From Candidatus Krumholzibacteriia bacterium (GTDB lineage: Bacteria > Krumholzibacteriota > Krumholzibacteriia > LZORAL124-64-63), in assembly GCA_046484865.1 (NCBI GenBank), contig JAWOID010000098.1, positions 1 to 59,638 of the forward strand: 59,638 nucleotides of DNA. Direction: 5' to 3'. Positions 1-9,929 of this stretch are shown in pieces (the stretch's first letter is position 1; each line of letters begins with the position of its first letter). The notes below the pieces were generated by a model. It saw nothing but the letters and a program-made list of their open reading frames with translations, was not told the DNA's origin and ran no database searches. The position numbers and the translations under genes are program-made.

Positions 1-2
1 AT

Positions 3-317
3 ATAATTTTCCTTTGGTCGGGAGACGTTCTGCATTTGTACGCTATGCTGGGGTTATTAGTGACACTGCTGATTAGGACCTCTAATAGAATGTTATTGAT
101 CCTATCTGCCTTCTTTTTGTTATTTCCTTATTATGACAAGATTTTTGGTGCTTTATTTAATTACCTTGATTATCAGCCTCATTTATATTTAAAAGATTAT
201 GCCGGAGCCGAAGTGGTAAGGATCATCAGGGAAGGAACCTATTTGGAAGGAATAAAACTCCGGTTCCTGGAATATATGTCTAACATCCCGATTTTATATT
301 CCTTCCTGGCTCCTGTA
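3..317 (+). pseudogene. Fragment of a DUF418/YeiB-like membrane protein gene in a low-GC foreign segment
   Basis: The frame from position 3 reads IIFLWSGDVLHLYAMLGLLVTLL...YSFLAPV, which contains the W-x-GD[IV]L-x-x-YA motif of DUF418/YeiB proteins. GC over 1-300 was counted at 108/300 (36%), against the much higher GC after ~318. The fragment is truncated at both ends. Confidence 0.65.
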
Positions 318-1275
318 TGCGGGCGAGGATCTCCGGGCGTTCCTGCAGCGAGGTCGCGAGCGACTCGGGCTCGAGGCCGCGGTAGATGGTGTACCCGGGG
401 AACGCGCGCGTGTCCTTCAGATGCTCGGCGTGGGTCTGCAGGGCGAAGAACGGGTCGCCGGTCACGGCGGCGTTGCGGATCGCCCAGGGCGCCACCACGA
501 CGAGCCAGACGACCGCCGCGATCGCGGCCGAGACGATCCGCGGCGTGGTCGCCCGGCGCGGTGCGGCCGGGTACGATCCGGCCGGGCGCGCCATCGCGGG
601 AGGCGGGCCGGCACCGCGCGGCGCGGCAGGGCGGATTGCGGTTGCCGCCCACCACAGCACCGGCACCCAGACCAGGTCGACGCGCAGTAGCGTCAGGAAA
701 CCCGCGCCGAGGCCGTACAGCAGCCCTGCGCCGCGGTCTCCAGCGGCCGCTGCCGGCCGCCGGCCGAGCCATAGCCCCATCAGGAGCAGCGCCGCCGGGA
801 CCTCGACCTCGCCCCACCCCACCGAGAAGGCCAGGAGCGGTGTGGCGGCCACCAGCACCAGCCAGGGCAGGGCGGACCAGGCGCGCCCGCTCCGCCAGGC
901 GGCGTTGATGCCCAGCCAGACGAGCGCGGCCAGCAGGACCGCGTGCAGCGCCCGCAGCCCCGAGAGGCTCGCGCCGGGGTCGCCGCGGGCGGCGGCCACC
1001 GGCACCGCCAGGAGGAGCGCGTAGCCGGGCGGACGGTGGATCAGAGGCTGCGGCAGCCGTCGGGCGAAGGGGAAGGCGAAGGACAGCGGGTATGTCACGT
1101 CGGTCACGAATCCGTCGCCCGCGACGAGGTGCCGCGCGACCGACAGGTGCGAGTAGACGTCGGCCGTGGGCAGGAGCGGCGGCGGCGGATGCAGGGCGAG
1201 CCAGACGGCGGTGAACGCCGCCGCGACCGCCAGCCCGGCCGCCACGGCGCCTGCGGTGGTGTGCCGGCTGCTCAT
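318..1275 (-). CDS. Multi-pass membrane protein, ArnT/PMT (GT-C)-like glycosyltransferase, 3' end truncated at the low-GC junction
   Basis: N-terminal TM helix followed by D-x-x-x-H-x-x-x-ARHLVAGDG and an RPPGY motif, several TM segments and a PW-x-x-RN-x-x-x-TG-x-PF motif. Its ATG overlaps the 3' end region of pyrE. The last residues of the 280..1275 ORF come from the foreign segment. Confidence 0.6.
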
Positions 1276-1279
1276 GCGC

Positions 1280-1852
1280 TCAGTTCCCGCGACTCCCCGG
1301 CTTCACCAGCGGTTTGCCGGCCGCGCAGAGAGGGCACTGGTCGGGTTCGTAGGTGGCCACCTCCACGCGCGTGAGGGCCTGCAGCGGCAGCGGCAGTTCC
1401 ACGTCGGGTCCGGTGCGGTCCACGATCGCGCCCAGGCCGGTGACCACGCCGCCTTCGCGCTCGACCACGTCCATCACCTCGCGCACCGACGTGCCGCGCG
1501 TGACCACGTCCTCCACAACCAGCACCTTCTCCTTGGGCTCGATGGCGAAGCCGCGGCGCAGCGTCATGACGCCGTCCTGGCGCTCGGTGAAGACGAAGCG
1601 GCGTCCCGCAGCGCGGGCCACCTCGTGGCCGATGAGGATGCCGCCCAGGGCGGGGCTGACCACCAGGTCGCAAGTGACGCTCTCGAGCCGCCGGGCGATC
1701 GCCGCGCCCAGTTCCCGGGCCAGCTCCGGGAACTGCAGCAGCCGCGCGCACTGGAAGTAGCGATCGCTGTGACGCCCGCTGCTCAGCAGGAAGTGCCCGT
1801 CGTGCAGGGCCTTGAGTTCGGTCATCAGGTCGAGGAGTTCGGTGTCGTTCAT
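1280..1852 (-). CDS. pyrE: Orotate phosphoribosyltransferase
   Basis: GHFLLSSGRHSDRY, PRPP-binding VLVVEDVVTRG and a C-terminal CPLC...KPGSR. Start placed at MNDTEL, downstream of an AGGAGA SD. Confidence 0.95.
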   Translation of the reverse strand: MNDTELLDLMTELKALHDGHFLLSSGRHSDRYFQCARLLQFPELARELGAAIARRLESVTCDLVVSPALGGILIGHEVARAAGRRFVFTERQDGVMTLRRGFAIEPKEKVLVVEDVVTRGTSVREVMDVVEREGGVVTGLGAIVDRTGPDVELPLPLQALTRVEVATYEPDQCPLCAAGKPLVKPGSRGN

Positions 1853-1901
1853 AAACGGCGCTTCTCCTTGCAACGGTTCGGTTGCCGGCGGCGAGCGCGG
1901 C

Positions 1902-2681
1902 TCAGGCGCTCTCGAGTTCCCGCGCGATGGCTGCGAGCGCGGCGACGGGATCATCGGCCTGGGTCACGGGCCGTCCCACCACCAGGAAATCGGCGCCTCT
2001 CGCCATCGCCGCGGCGGGAGTGGCCACTCGCCGCTGGTCGTCGGCCTGCGCGCCGGCGGGTCGCACGCCCGGGGTGACCACCAGCGGCTCCGGCCCGAGG
2101 GCGTCGCGCAGGCGTTCCAGGTCGGCGGGCGAGCATACCAGGCCGTCGCAGCCGCTCTCCCAGGCGATCCGGGCCAGCCGCACCACCTGATCCTGCGCCC
2201 CGCCGGCGCCGGGGGCAAGTTCCGCCACGTCGCCGTCGTCCAGGCTGGTCAGGACGGTCACCGCCAGCAGCACCGGACGTCTGCCGCCCTCTTTCGGGCC
2301 ACCCGACGCGCCGGCGGCCGGGGGGCCTTCCGCCAGGGCGGCCGCCGCGGCGGCGACCGCGCGCCGGCCGGCGGACGCGTGCACGGTGGTGAAGGCGACG
2401 CCCAGGGCCGCGGCCTGGCGGGCCGCGCCCGCCACGGTGTTCGGGATGTCGTGGTACTTGAGGTCCAGGAACACCTCGCGGCCGGCGGCGCGCAGGTCGC
2501 GCACGATCTCGGGGCCGGCCGCCGAGAACAGTTCCAGCCCGACCTTCACGAACAGGCCGTCGTCGCCCAGGCGCCCGGCCAGTCCGGCGGCGAGGGACCC
2601 ACCGGCAACGTCCAGGGCGGTGATGACGCGACGCCGCCGGGGCGTCTCGCGCAGGGCGGCCACGAGGTCGCGGCGATCCAT
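1902..2681 (-). CDS. pyrF: Orotidine-5'-phosphate decarboxylase
   Basis: ALD, KVGLEL, FLDLKYHDIPNTV, AVTVLTS, TPGVRP, DDQRR and VVGRP motifs. Confidence 0.95.
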   Translation of the reverse strand: MDRRDLVAALRETPRRRRVITALDVAGGSLAAGLAGRLGDDGLFVKVGLELFSAAGPEIVRDLRAAGREVFLDLKYHDIPNTVAGAARQAAALGVAFTTVHASAGRRAVAAAAAALAEGPPAAGASGGPKEGGRRPVLLAVTVLTSLDDGDVAELAPGAGGAQDQVVRLARIAWESGCDGLVCSPADLERLRDALGPEPLVVTPGVRPAGAQADDQRRVATPAAAMARGADFLVVGRPVTQADDPVAALAAIARELESA

Positions 2682-2864
2682 CTGGGCTCCCGTCGCCGTT
2701 GCATCCGCGATGAGCGGCCACCGAATGACTTGCACGCCCGCGGCTGCAGACTATACCCTTCTAGCAGTCACCCCCGGAAGAGGCAATCTCCAACCAGCAG
2801 CGGCCGGTGGCAAGCGACCGCCCCACGGGAGGCGAGCGCCGGCGGACGCCAGGGATGGTACGAC

Positions 2865-4124
2865 GTGCTCGATCGCCGCTTCATCCGCGAGAACAGGGAT
2901 CTGGTCACCCGTGCCGTACGTCTCAAGCGCGAGACGGTCGACGTGGAGGCGTACTACGACCGTGACGCCGAGCGCCGCGCCGCCCTGCAGGAAACCGAGA
3001 CGCTGCAGGCGGAATCGAATCGCGCCAGCAAGGAGATCGCCGAGCTGAAGAAGGCGGGGAGCGACGCCTCCGCGGCGATCGCCGCGATGAAGCAGGTCGC
3101 CGAGCGCCTCAAGGAACTGCGCGCCCGCACGGCCGAGCTCGAGAGCCAGGTGGAGGCGCTCTACCTGCGCCTGCCGAACGTGCCCGACCCCTCGGTGCCG
3201 GAGGGCGGCGAGGAGGCCAACCAGGTGGTGCGCACCTGGGGCGAGCCGCGGCGGCCCGATTTCGCCGTCCTGCCGCACTGGGACGTGGGGGCGGCCCTCG
3301 GGATCCTGGAACTGGAGCGCGCCGCCCGCATGAGCGGCTCCGGGTTCACCGCCCTGCGCGGTGACGGCGCGCGGCTGGAGTGGGCGCTCGTCAACTGGTT
3401 CCTCGACGAGAACCGCGCCCGCGGCTACACGCAGGTGAGCGTGCCCTACCTGGTGGGCCGCGACGCGATGACCGGCACCGGGCAGCTGCCCAAGCTCGAG
3501 GAGGACATGTACGTCACCGGCGCCGAGGGGCTGTTTCTCATCCCCACGGCGGAGGTGCCGGTGACGAACCTGCACCGCGAGGAGACCCTGCCTGACGAGG
3601 AGCTGCCGCTGAAGTACTGCGCGTTCTCGCCCTGCTTCCGGCGAGAGGCGGGTGCTGCGGGCAAGGATACCCGCGGCCTGCTGCGCGTGCATCAGTTCCA
3701 CAAGGTGGAGCTGGTGAAGTTCACGCATCCCGACCGCTCCTGGGAGGAGCACGAGAGCCTCACCGCTGATGCCGAGCACCTGCTGCAGCGGCTGGAACTT
3801 CCGTACCGGGTGGTGCTCCTGGCGGCGGGCGACCTGAGCTTCGCCGCGGCCAAGTGCTACGACCTGGAGGTCTGGTCGCCCGGCGTCGGCAAGTGGCTCG
3901 AGGTCTCGTCCTGCAGCAATTTCCTCGACTTCCAGGCGCGCCGCGCGTCGATCCGGTACAAGGGAACCGGGGGCCGCGGGTACGTGCACACTCTCAACGG
4001 GTCGGCCCTCGCGCTGCCGCGCGTGCTCGTGGCGATCCTGGAGAACTACCAGCAGCGGGACGGTCGCGTGCGCATTCCCGAGGTCCTGAGGCCGGGTCTG
4101 GATGGTCGTGAGTACCTTGGTTGA
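2865..4124 (+). CDS. serS: Serine--tRNA ligase
   Basis: GTG start (VLDRRFIREN), coiled-coil arm, LIPTAEVP, FRREAG, RVHQFHKVE, EVSSCSN and HTLNGS. Confidence 0.97.
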   Translation: MLDRRFIRENRDLVTRAVRLKRETVDVEAYYDRDAERRAALQETETLQAESNRASKEIAELKKAGSDASAAIAAMKQVAERLKELRARTAELESQVEALYLRLPNVPDPSVPEGGEEANQVVRTWGEPRRPDFAVLPHWDVGAALGILELERAARMSGSGFTALRGDGARLEWALVNWFLDENRARGYTQVSVPYLVGRDAMTGTGQLPKLEEDMYVTGAEGLFLIPTAEVPVTNLHREETLPDEELPLKYCAFSPCFRREAGAAGKDTRGLLRVHQFHKVELVKFTHPDRSWEEHESLTADAEHLLQRLELPYRVVLLAAGDLSFAAAKCYDLEVWSPGVGKWLEVSSCSNFLDFQARRASIRYKGTGGRGYVHTLNGSALALPRVLVAILENYQQRDGRVRIPEVLRPGLDGREYLG

Positions 4125-5373
4125 CGCGCCCCGGCGACGCCGGCGGCCGCGTCGCGTCCTCGGACTGGCGCGGCGGCACCTGTTCAGCCTCTACCTGCTG
4201 GTGGGGAGCGTGGCCATCGTCATCGGGGTCACCATCTACACCATCAACGTGGCGCGGAACGTCGAGCGGCAGAGCTATCTCACCACTCAGCTGTTCTCGG
4301 GACTGGCCAGCCGCCTGCTGCTCTCCGAGGACACGCTGGACAAGCAGCAGGTCATCCAGATCATCAACGAGATCGAGGTGCCGCTGATCATCACGGACAA
4401 CTCGGGGCGGCCGCTGCTCTGGAATGCGCCGGTGATCGGCATCCCCATTCCGGACTATCGCCAGCTGCTCGCCGAGGACCCCGCCGAGCCCAGACACCCC
4501 GACGTGATGCGCATCCTGCAGCTGGCGGAAGAGTTCGACGCCGAGCAGCAGCCCTTCGCCATCGTCACGCCGGACGGGCGCCGGCTCGGCACGCTGCACT
4601 ACGGCAAGTCCGAGCTGAGCCAGCAGATCCGCCTGATGCCCTACCTCGAGCTGATGATCATGGCCCTCTACTTCCTGCTCATCCTCTGGGCGTTCCAGTC
4701 GAAGCGGGACGCGGAGCAGCAGGCGCTGTTCGCCGGGATGGCCAAGGAGACGGCCCACCAGCTGGGCACGCCGCTCACCTCGGTCCTGGGCTGGCTGGCG
4801 ATCCTGCGCGAGAGGGTGGGTCCCGACGACGACGCCATGCACGAGCTGGAGCACGACGTGGAGCGGCTGGGCAAGGTCTCGGCACGCTTCAGCCAGATCG
4901 GTTCGCAGCCGAAGCTCGACGATACGGACCTGGCGGCGGTCGTCGACGAGACCATCGGCTACTTCCAGCGGCGGCTGCCGCATCTCGGCGGGCGCGTGCA
5001 TCTTCGCCGCGAGGGCGAGGTCACGGGGCGCGCGCGCTTCAATCGCGACCTGATGGCCTGGGTGCTGGAGAACCTGCTGAAGAACGGCATGGACGCGCTC
5101 AAGCAGGGCAAGGGCACCATCACGGTGCGTCTGAGCGATCTGCCGAGCGGCGCCGTGGCGCTGCGGGTGAGCGATACCGGCTGCGGCCTGGCGTCGGGAG
5201 TGGGGAACAAGATCTTCGCACCCGGGTTCACCACCAAGGAGCGAGGCTGGGGGATGGGGCTGGCGCTGGTGAAGCGGATCGTCACCCAGTACCACGGCGG
5301 CCGCATCCGCGTCGAGGAGACCGGACCTCGCGGTACGACCTTCCTGATCGTCCTGCCCGGAGAGGAGACCTGA
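4102..5373 (+). CDS. Membrane-bound sensor histidine kinase
   Basis: Two TM segments, H-box ETAHQLGTPL, N-box ENLLKNG, DTGCG, F-box IFAPGFTTK and G2 GWGMGL. Exact start uncertain. Confidence 0.92.
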   Translation: MVVSTLVDAPRRRRRPRRVLGLARRHLFSLYLLVGSVAIVIGVTIYTINVARNVERQSYLTTQLFSGLASRLLLSEDTLDKQQVIQIINEIEVPLIITDNSGRPLLWNAPVIGIPIPDYRQLLAEDPAEPRHPDVMRILQLAEEFDAEQQPFAIVTPDGRRLGTLHYGKSELSQQIRLMPYLELMIMALYFLLILWAFQSKRDAEQQALFAGMAKETAHQLGTPLTSVLGWLAILRERVGPDDDAMHELEHDVERLGKVSARFSQIGSQPKLDDTDLAAVVDETIGYFQRRLPHLGGRVHLRREGEVTGRARFNRDLMAWVLENLLKNGMDALKQGKGTITVRLSDLPSGAVALRVSDTGCGLASGVGNKIFAPGFTTKERGWGMGLALVKRIVTQYHGGRIRVEETGPRGTTFLIVLPGEET

Positions 5374-5374
5374 C

Positions 5375-6922
5375 GTGCCCTTCCAGGTGATGTGGGTGGA
5401 TGACAACATCGAAGAGCTGCGTTCCCACTCGGTCTACCTCGAACAGAAGGGCTACCAGGTGGAGGGGGTGACCAACGGTCGCGACGCCCTGGCGCTGCTG
5501 CGGGAGCGGCCGTTCGACGCCATCCTGCTGGACGAGATGATGCCGGGGATGGGCGGCCTGGAGACGCTGGCGGAGATCCGCCGGATCAACGAGCACGTGC
5601 CGGTGATCATGATCACCAAGAGCGAGGCCGAGGACCTCATGAGCCGGGCGATCGGCAAGCGCATCGACGACTACCTGGTCAAGCCCGTCTCGCCCCTGCA
5701 GATCCTCTCGGCGCTGAAGAAGCAGCTGGAGGCGCGCCGGCTCACCGGCGAGCAGGTGACCCACGACTATCTCAGCCACTTCGCCGCCGTGGACCAGCGC
5801 ACGGATACCGCGGCGAGCGCCGAGGACTGGGTGTCGATCTACGTCGACATGGTCACCTGGGGCATGGACCTCTTCGAGTACAGCGACCGCGGACTCCTGG
5901 AGACCCAGGCCGAGCAGATGGCGAAGGCCAATCTCGCCCTGGCCCGCTACGTGCGCGAGCGTTACGGCGACTGGGTGAACGGCGCCGACGACGCGCCGCT
6001 GCTCAGCCCGCAGGTCTACGCCCGCTGGGTGGAGCCGGAGGTGCAGGCCGCGAAGCAGGTGCTCTGGATCGTCATCGACTGCATGCGGCTGGATCAGTGG
6101 CGGATGGTGGAGCCACTGCTGGAGTCCTACTACCACGTGGAGCGGCGTTATTACTGGTCGCTCCTGCCGACGGCCACGCCATATGCGCGCAACGCCCTGT
6201 TCGCCGGCCTCTATCCGCTGGAGATCGCCCGCCGCTATCCTCAGTGGTGGAAGTCCGGCCACGACGAGGGCAGCCGCAACGCCCACGAGGACGAGCTGCT
6301 CGGCGCGCAGCTCCAGCGCCTGGAGAGCCCGGCGGCCGGAAGCTATCGCTACTTCAAGGTGTCCGACGCGCGCGAGGCCGACCCGCTGCGCAAGCAGTAC
6401 GCCTCGCTGGATCAGCGTCTGGTCACCTCGGTCTACAACTTCCTGGACATCATGGCCCACGGCCGCAGCCAGTCGTACATCCTGAAGGAGCTGGCGCCGG
6501 ACGAGGCGGCGTTCCGCACGCTCATGCGGACCTGGTTCGAGCACTCCAGCCTGTTCGAGATCCTCAAGCAGGCGGCGGCGCGCCGGGCCACCGTGCTGGT
6601 GACGACCGACCACGGCTCGATGTTCTGCAAGCGGGCGACCCAGATCAAGGCCAACCGGGACACGTCCAGCAACGTGCGCTACAAGTTCGGCGACAATCTC
6701 ACGGTGGACGAGAAGCGTGTCTTTCTGCTGAAGAACCCCGAGCAGTACCAGCTGCCGGCCAACAGCTCCATCGAGAACTATGCCATCACCGCCGAGAACT
6801 ATTACCTGGTGTATCCCACGAATTACCACGAGTACGAGCGTCTGTACCGCGACAGCTTCCAGCACGGGGGAATCAGTCTCGAGGAGATGATCTGCCCGTT
6901 CATGGTGCTCAGGCCGCGCTGA
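5375..6922 (+). CDS. porX: PorX-like response regulator (receiver plus PglZ/alkaline-phosphatase-like domain)
   Basis: Receiver motifs WVDD, LLDEMMPG and MITKSE. PglZ motifs IDCMRLDQW, LPTATPYARNA, TTDHG and FQHGGISLEEM. Lies upstream of tsaE, as in Bacteroidota. Confidence 0.85.
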   Translation: MPFQVMWVDDNIEELRSHSVYLEQKGYQVEGVTNGRDALALLRERPFDAILLDEMMPGMGGLETLAEIRRINEHVPVIMITKSEAEDLMSRAIGKRIDDYLVKPVSPLQILSALKKQLEARRLTGEQVTHDYLSHFAAVDQRTDTAASAEDWVSIYVDMVTWGMDLFEYSDRGLLETQAEQMAKANLALARYVRERYGDWVNGADDAPLLSPQVYARWVEPEVQAAKQVLWIVIDCMRLDQWRMVEPLLESYYHVERRYYWSLLPTATPYARNALFAGLYPLEIARRYPQWWKSGHDEGSRNAHEDELLGAQLQRLESPAAGSYRYFKVSDAREADPLRKQYASLDQRLVTSVYNFLDIMAHGRSQSYILKELAPDEAAFRTLMRTWFEHSSLFEILKQAAARRATVLVTTDHGSMFCKRATQIKANRDTSSNVRYKFGDNLTVDEKRVFLLKNPEQYQLPANSSIENYAITAENYYLVYPTNYHEYERLYRDSFQHGGISLEEMICPFMVLRPR

Positions 6923-7056
6923 TCGGCGCGGAGCCGCCCGCGCAGCGGTTGCCGGACGGCCGGAAGCCGCGGATAATGGCAGCGGGATCGAGCGACTGAC
7001 GAGAGACGCCCCGAGGGAAATCTCATGCGACGAGCCGCGCCTGCGCGGAGGAGAGC

Positions 7057-7593
7057 GTGAGCGACCAGCCCCTGCCCAGCCCAGCGGAGTTCCCGCGCCG
7101 GTGCGTCACCGACGGAGTGGCCGACACTCGCGCCCTGGGCGCCCGCGTGGCCGGGCGCCTGCGCGGCGGCGACGTGCTGCTGCTCCACGGCGACCTGGGC
7201 GCCGGCAAGACGTCGCTGGTGCAGGGGATCTGCGCCGCGCTGGGCGTGGCGGACGAGGTGGTCTCGCCGACCTTCACGCTGGTGCATCGCTACGCCAGCG
7301 ACCCGCCGATCTATCACCTGGACTTCTATCGCCTCGACGCCGGGGCCGACCTCGGGGACGTGGGCGTGGAGGCGATCCTGGACGAGGTGGATGCGGGCGA
7401 AGCGGTCCTGGTCGTGGAGTGGCCCGCTCCCATCCGGCCGCTGGTGCGCCGCTGCCTGGAAATGCTTGCGGTGATGGGACCCGGACCCGAGCAGCGCGTG
7501 TGGCACCTGCGCGGAGTCCCCGAGCTGCCCTCCGGCTGGGACGACCTGGCCGGACCCGCGGCCGCGACCGGGGAGGAGGCGCCGCCGTGCTGA
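7057..7593 (+). CDS. tsaE: t6A biosynthesis ATPase TsaE
   Basis: GDLGAGKT, SPTFTL, HLDFYRL and VEW. Confidence 0.95.
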   Translation: MSDQPLPSPAEFPRRCVTDGVADTRALGARVAGRLRGGDVLLLHGDLGAGKTSLVQGICAALGVADEVVSPTFTLVHRYASDPPIYHLDFYRLDAGADLGDVGVEAILDEVDAGEAVLVVEWPAPIRPLVRRCLEMLAVMGPGPEQRVWHLRGVPELPSGWDDLAGPAAATGEEAPPC

Positions 7594-8396
7594 CGCTGGC
7601 CATGGACGCCGCCACCCGCCGCGGGCGCTTCGCCGTGGCGGAGGACGGGCGGCTGCTGCTCGACCATCCCCACGACATGGGGTCGAACTTCGCCGACGCG
7701 CTGGTGCCGGTGGCGATGGCGGCGTGCGCGGCGGCGGAGCGGCGCCTCGCCGATGTGCGGGCGGTGGCGGTGACGCAGGGCCCGGGCAGCTTCACCGGAG
7801 TGCGCATCGCGGTGGCCACGGCCAAGACCCTGGCCTGGACGCTGGGCGCGCGGCTGGTGGCGGTGCCCACCACCGCCGCCATGGCGGCGGCGCTGCTCGA
7901 GGACCATCCGGCGGCGCAGCTGGCCGTGCCGGTGCTGGACGCGCGCCGCGGCGAACTGTTCGCCGCCGTGTACGGGCGGGACGGCGGCGGCTGGGTCCAG
8001 GAGATCGTGCCTCCCGCCCCCCTGGCGCCCGACGCCTGGTGGGACCTCCTGCGCGACCGGCTGCAGGACGTGGAGGCTCCCGTCTACGGGGGCGACGGCG
8101 TCCCGCTGCTGCTCACGCCGGGGGGCAGGCTGCGCGACGAGCTGAGCGGTCGCGGTGAGCCCGTCCAGCGACTGTGGTCCAGCACGCATCCGGCGACCGC
8201 CCGCGCGCTGGCGGTGGCGGCGTCGCGCGCCGATGCCGGCCTGCCCGGGATCAGCCCCTTCGCGCTCGTGCCGCTCTACCTGCGGGGCAGCGACGCCGAG
8301 GTGAATCGCCGGGTGGACCTCACGCCGCGCGCGCCCTCGGACCGGTTCGTCAGTCACCGCGCCGGCGACCTGGCGGTCGGCGAGGAGGAGCCGTGA
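7587..8396 (+). CDS. tsaB: t6A biosynthesis protein TsaB
   Basis: GTG start overlapping the tsaE stop; LAMDAAT, GPGSFTGVRI, DARRGE and PLYLR. Confidence 0.93.
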   Translation: MLTLAMDAATRRGRFAVAEDGRLLLDHPHDMGSNFADALVPVAMAACAAAERRLADVRAVAVTQGPGSFTGVRIAVATAKTLAWTLGARLVAVPTTAAMAAALLEDHPAAQLAVPVLDARRGELFAAVYGRDGGGWVQEIVPPAPLAPDAWWDLLRDRLQDVEAPVYGGDGVPLLLTPGGRLRDELSGRGEPVQRLWSSTHPATARALAVAASRADAGLPGISPFALVPLYLRGSDAEVNRRVDLTPRAPSDRFVSHRAGDLAVGEEEP

Positions 8397-8908
8397 GCCT
8401 CGCCGGAGACATGACCGTGCGGCCGGGCCATCTGTCCGACCTGGCGCAGGTGGAGCGGATCGAGCGGACGTCGTTCAGCGATGCCTGGTCGCGCGGCGCG
8501 CTCGCCAGCGAACTCACCAGCGACCGGCTGCGGCTGTCGCTGGTGGCGGAACTGGGGGGCGAGGTGGCGGGCTACCTGATGGCGTGGCGCGTGCCCGATC
8601 AGCTGCACATCCTGAACATCGCCGTGCGGAACGACCGCCGGCGGAGCGGCGTGGGGACGGCGCTGCTCGTGGCCGCGGCGCAGGAGGCGGCGGCCGACGG
8701 ACTCTTCGAGGTGACCCTGGAGGTGCGGCGCAGCAATACCGGTGCGCAGGCCTTCTACGCGCGACACGGATTCGCGCCCACCGGTGTGCGGCCTCGTTAC
8801 TACCCGGACAGCGGGGAGGACGCGCTGATCCTGACCTGCCCGGTGCCCGAGCTGCTGCGCCTGGCCGGCGGCAGGAAAGGCACCGGGGCCGGCGAGCTGC
8901 CGGGCTGA
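8393..8908 (+). CDS. rimI: Ribosomal-protein-alanine N-acetyltransferase
   Basis: GTGA overlap with tsaB and a GAGGAG SD; HILNIAV, RRSGVG, LEVRRSN and RPRYYPDSGEDALIL. Confidence 0.93.
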   Translation: MSLAGDMTVRPGHLSDLAQVERIERTSFSDAWSRGALASELTSDRLRLSLVAELGGEVAGYLMAWRVPDQLHILNIAVRNDRRRSGVGTALLVAAAQEAAADGLFEVTLEVRRSNTGAQAFYARHGFAPTGVRPRYYPDSGEDALILTCPVPELLRLAGGRKGTGAGELPG

Positions 8909-9048
8909 CGACACCGGCGCGCGATGGCGGAGCCGCCCTTCAGGATAGAGGTTGTCTCGGACGGCCGATTGCGCCACCTTGAGGCAGCGCGCGGCCGGTC
9001 CACCGGCCCCGTTGCGGTCGCGCAGAGCGCCCAGCGAAGGAGCGGACC

Positions 9049-9927
9049 GTGTCCTGGCTGAAGCAGGCCGCCAAGGGCATCAAGGCCCTGACGCAGAAGA
9101 AGGACATCCCCGACAACCTCTGGCGGAAGTGCCCGGGGTGCTCGGAGGTGCTCTATCACCGCGAACTGGAACGCAGCTTCTGGGTCTGCGGCGCCTGCGG
9201 CTTCCACCTGCCGTTCACCACCGAGCAGTACATCGGCCTGCTGATCGACGAGGACACCTGGCAGGAGACCCACCGCGGCATCGTCAGCCGCGACGCGCTC
9301 AACTTCCGCGACAGCAAGCCCTACCGCGATCGGATCCGCCAGAGCCGCAAGAAGACCGGCAAGGATGACGCGGTCATCACCGGACGCGGCGAGGTGGACC
9401 ACGTGCCGGTGTGCTTCAGCATCCTCGACTTCTCCTTCATGGGCGGCAGCATGGGTTCGGCGGTGGGCGAACGCATCGCCCGCTCCCTGCTGGATGCCCA
9501 CAACCGGCGCGAGGCGGCCGTCATCCTGTCCCGCTCCGGCGGCGCCCGCATGCAGGAGTCGCTGCTGTCGCTCATGCAGATGGCGAAGACCAGCGCCATG
9601 CTGGCCCGGCTGCGCAGCGACGGCCTGCCGTTCATCTCCGTCGTCACCAATCCCACCACCGGCGGCGTGACGGCCAGCTTCGCCTCCCTGGGCGACGTGA
9701 TCATCGCCGAACCGGGAGCCCTCATCGGCTTCGCCGGCCCGCGCGTGATCAAGCAGACGATCGGCGGCGACCTGCCCGAGGGTTTCCAGTCGAGCGAGTT
9801 CCTGCTCGAGCACGGGCAGGTGGACCTGATCGTGCCGCGGCAAGAGCTGAAGCAGACACTGGCGCGCGTCCTGCACTGGTTCGTGGACGGGCGCGAGATC
9901 TCCGTCCGCCAGCCGGTGCGCAACTGA
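9049..9927 (+). CDS. accD: Acetyl-CoA carboxylase carboxyltransferase beta subunit
   Basis: Zinc finger CPGC...CGAC, FMGGSMG, SGGARMQE, PTTGGVTASFA and GFAGPRVI. Confidence 0.97.
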   Translation: MSWLKQAAKGIKALTQKKDIPDNLWRKCPGCSEVLYHRELERSFWVCGACGFHLPFTTEQYIGLLIDEDTWQETHRGIVSRDALNFRDSKPYRDRIRQSRKKTGKDDAVITGRGEVDHVPVCFSILDFSFMGGSMGSAVGERIARSLLDAHNRREAAVILSRSGGARMQESLLSLMQMAKTSAMLARLRSDGLPFISVVTNPTTGGVTASFASLGDVIIAEPGALIGFAGPRVIKQTIGGDLPEGFQSSEFLLEHGQVDLIVPRQELKQTLARVLHWFVDGREISVRQPVRN

Positions 9928-9929
9928 CC

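Noticed and set aside
36..908. 290-aa ORF spanning the GC junction
   Set aside because: It is chimeric: a DUF418-like fragment runs into the antisense strand of the glycosyltransferase gene, producing Arg/Pro-rich shadow sequence.
7584..7593. tsaE ending in Cys-TGA as a second possible selenocysteine site
   Set aside because: TsaE is complete at that point, and the TGA overlaps the tsaB start as ordinary translational coupling.
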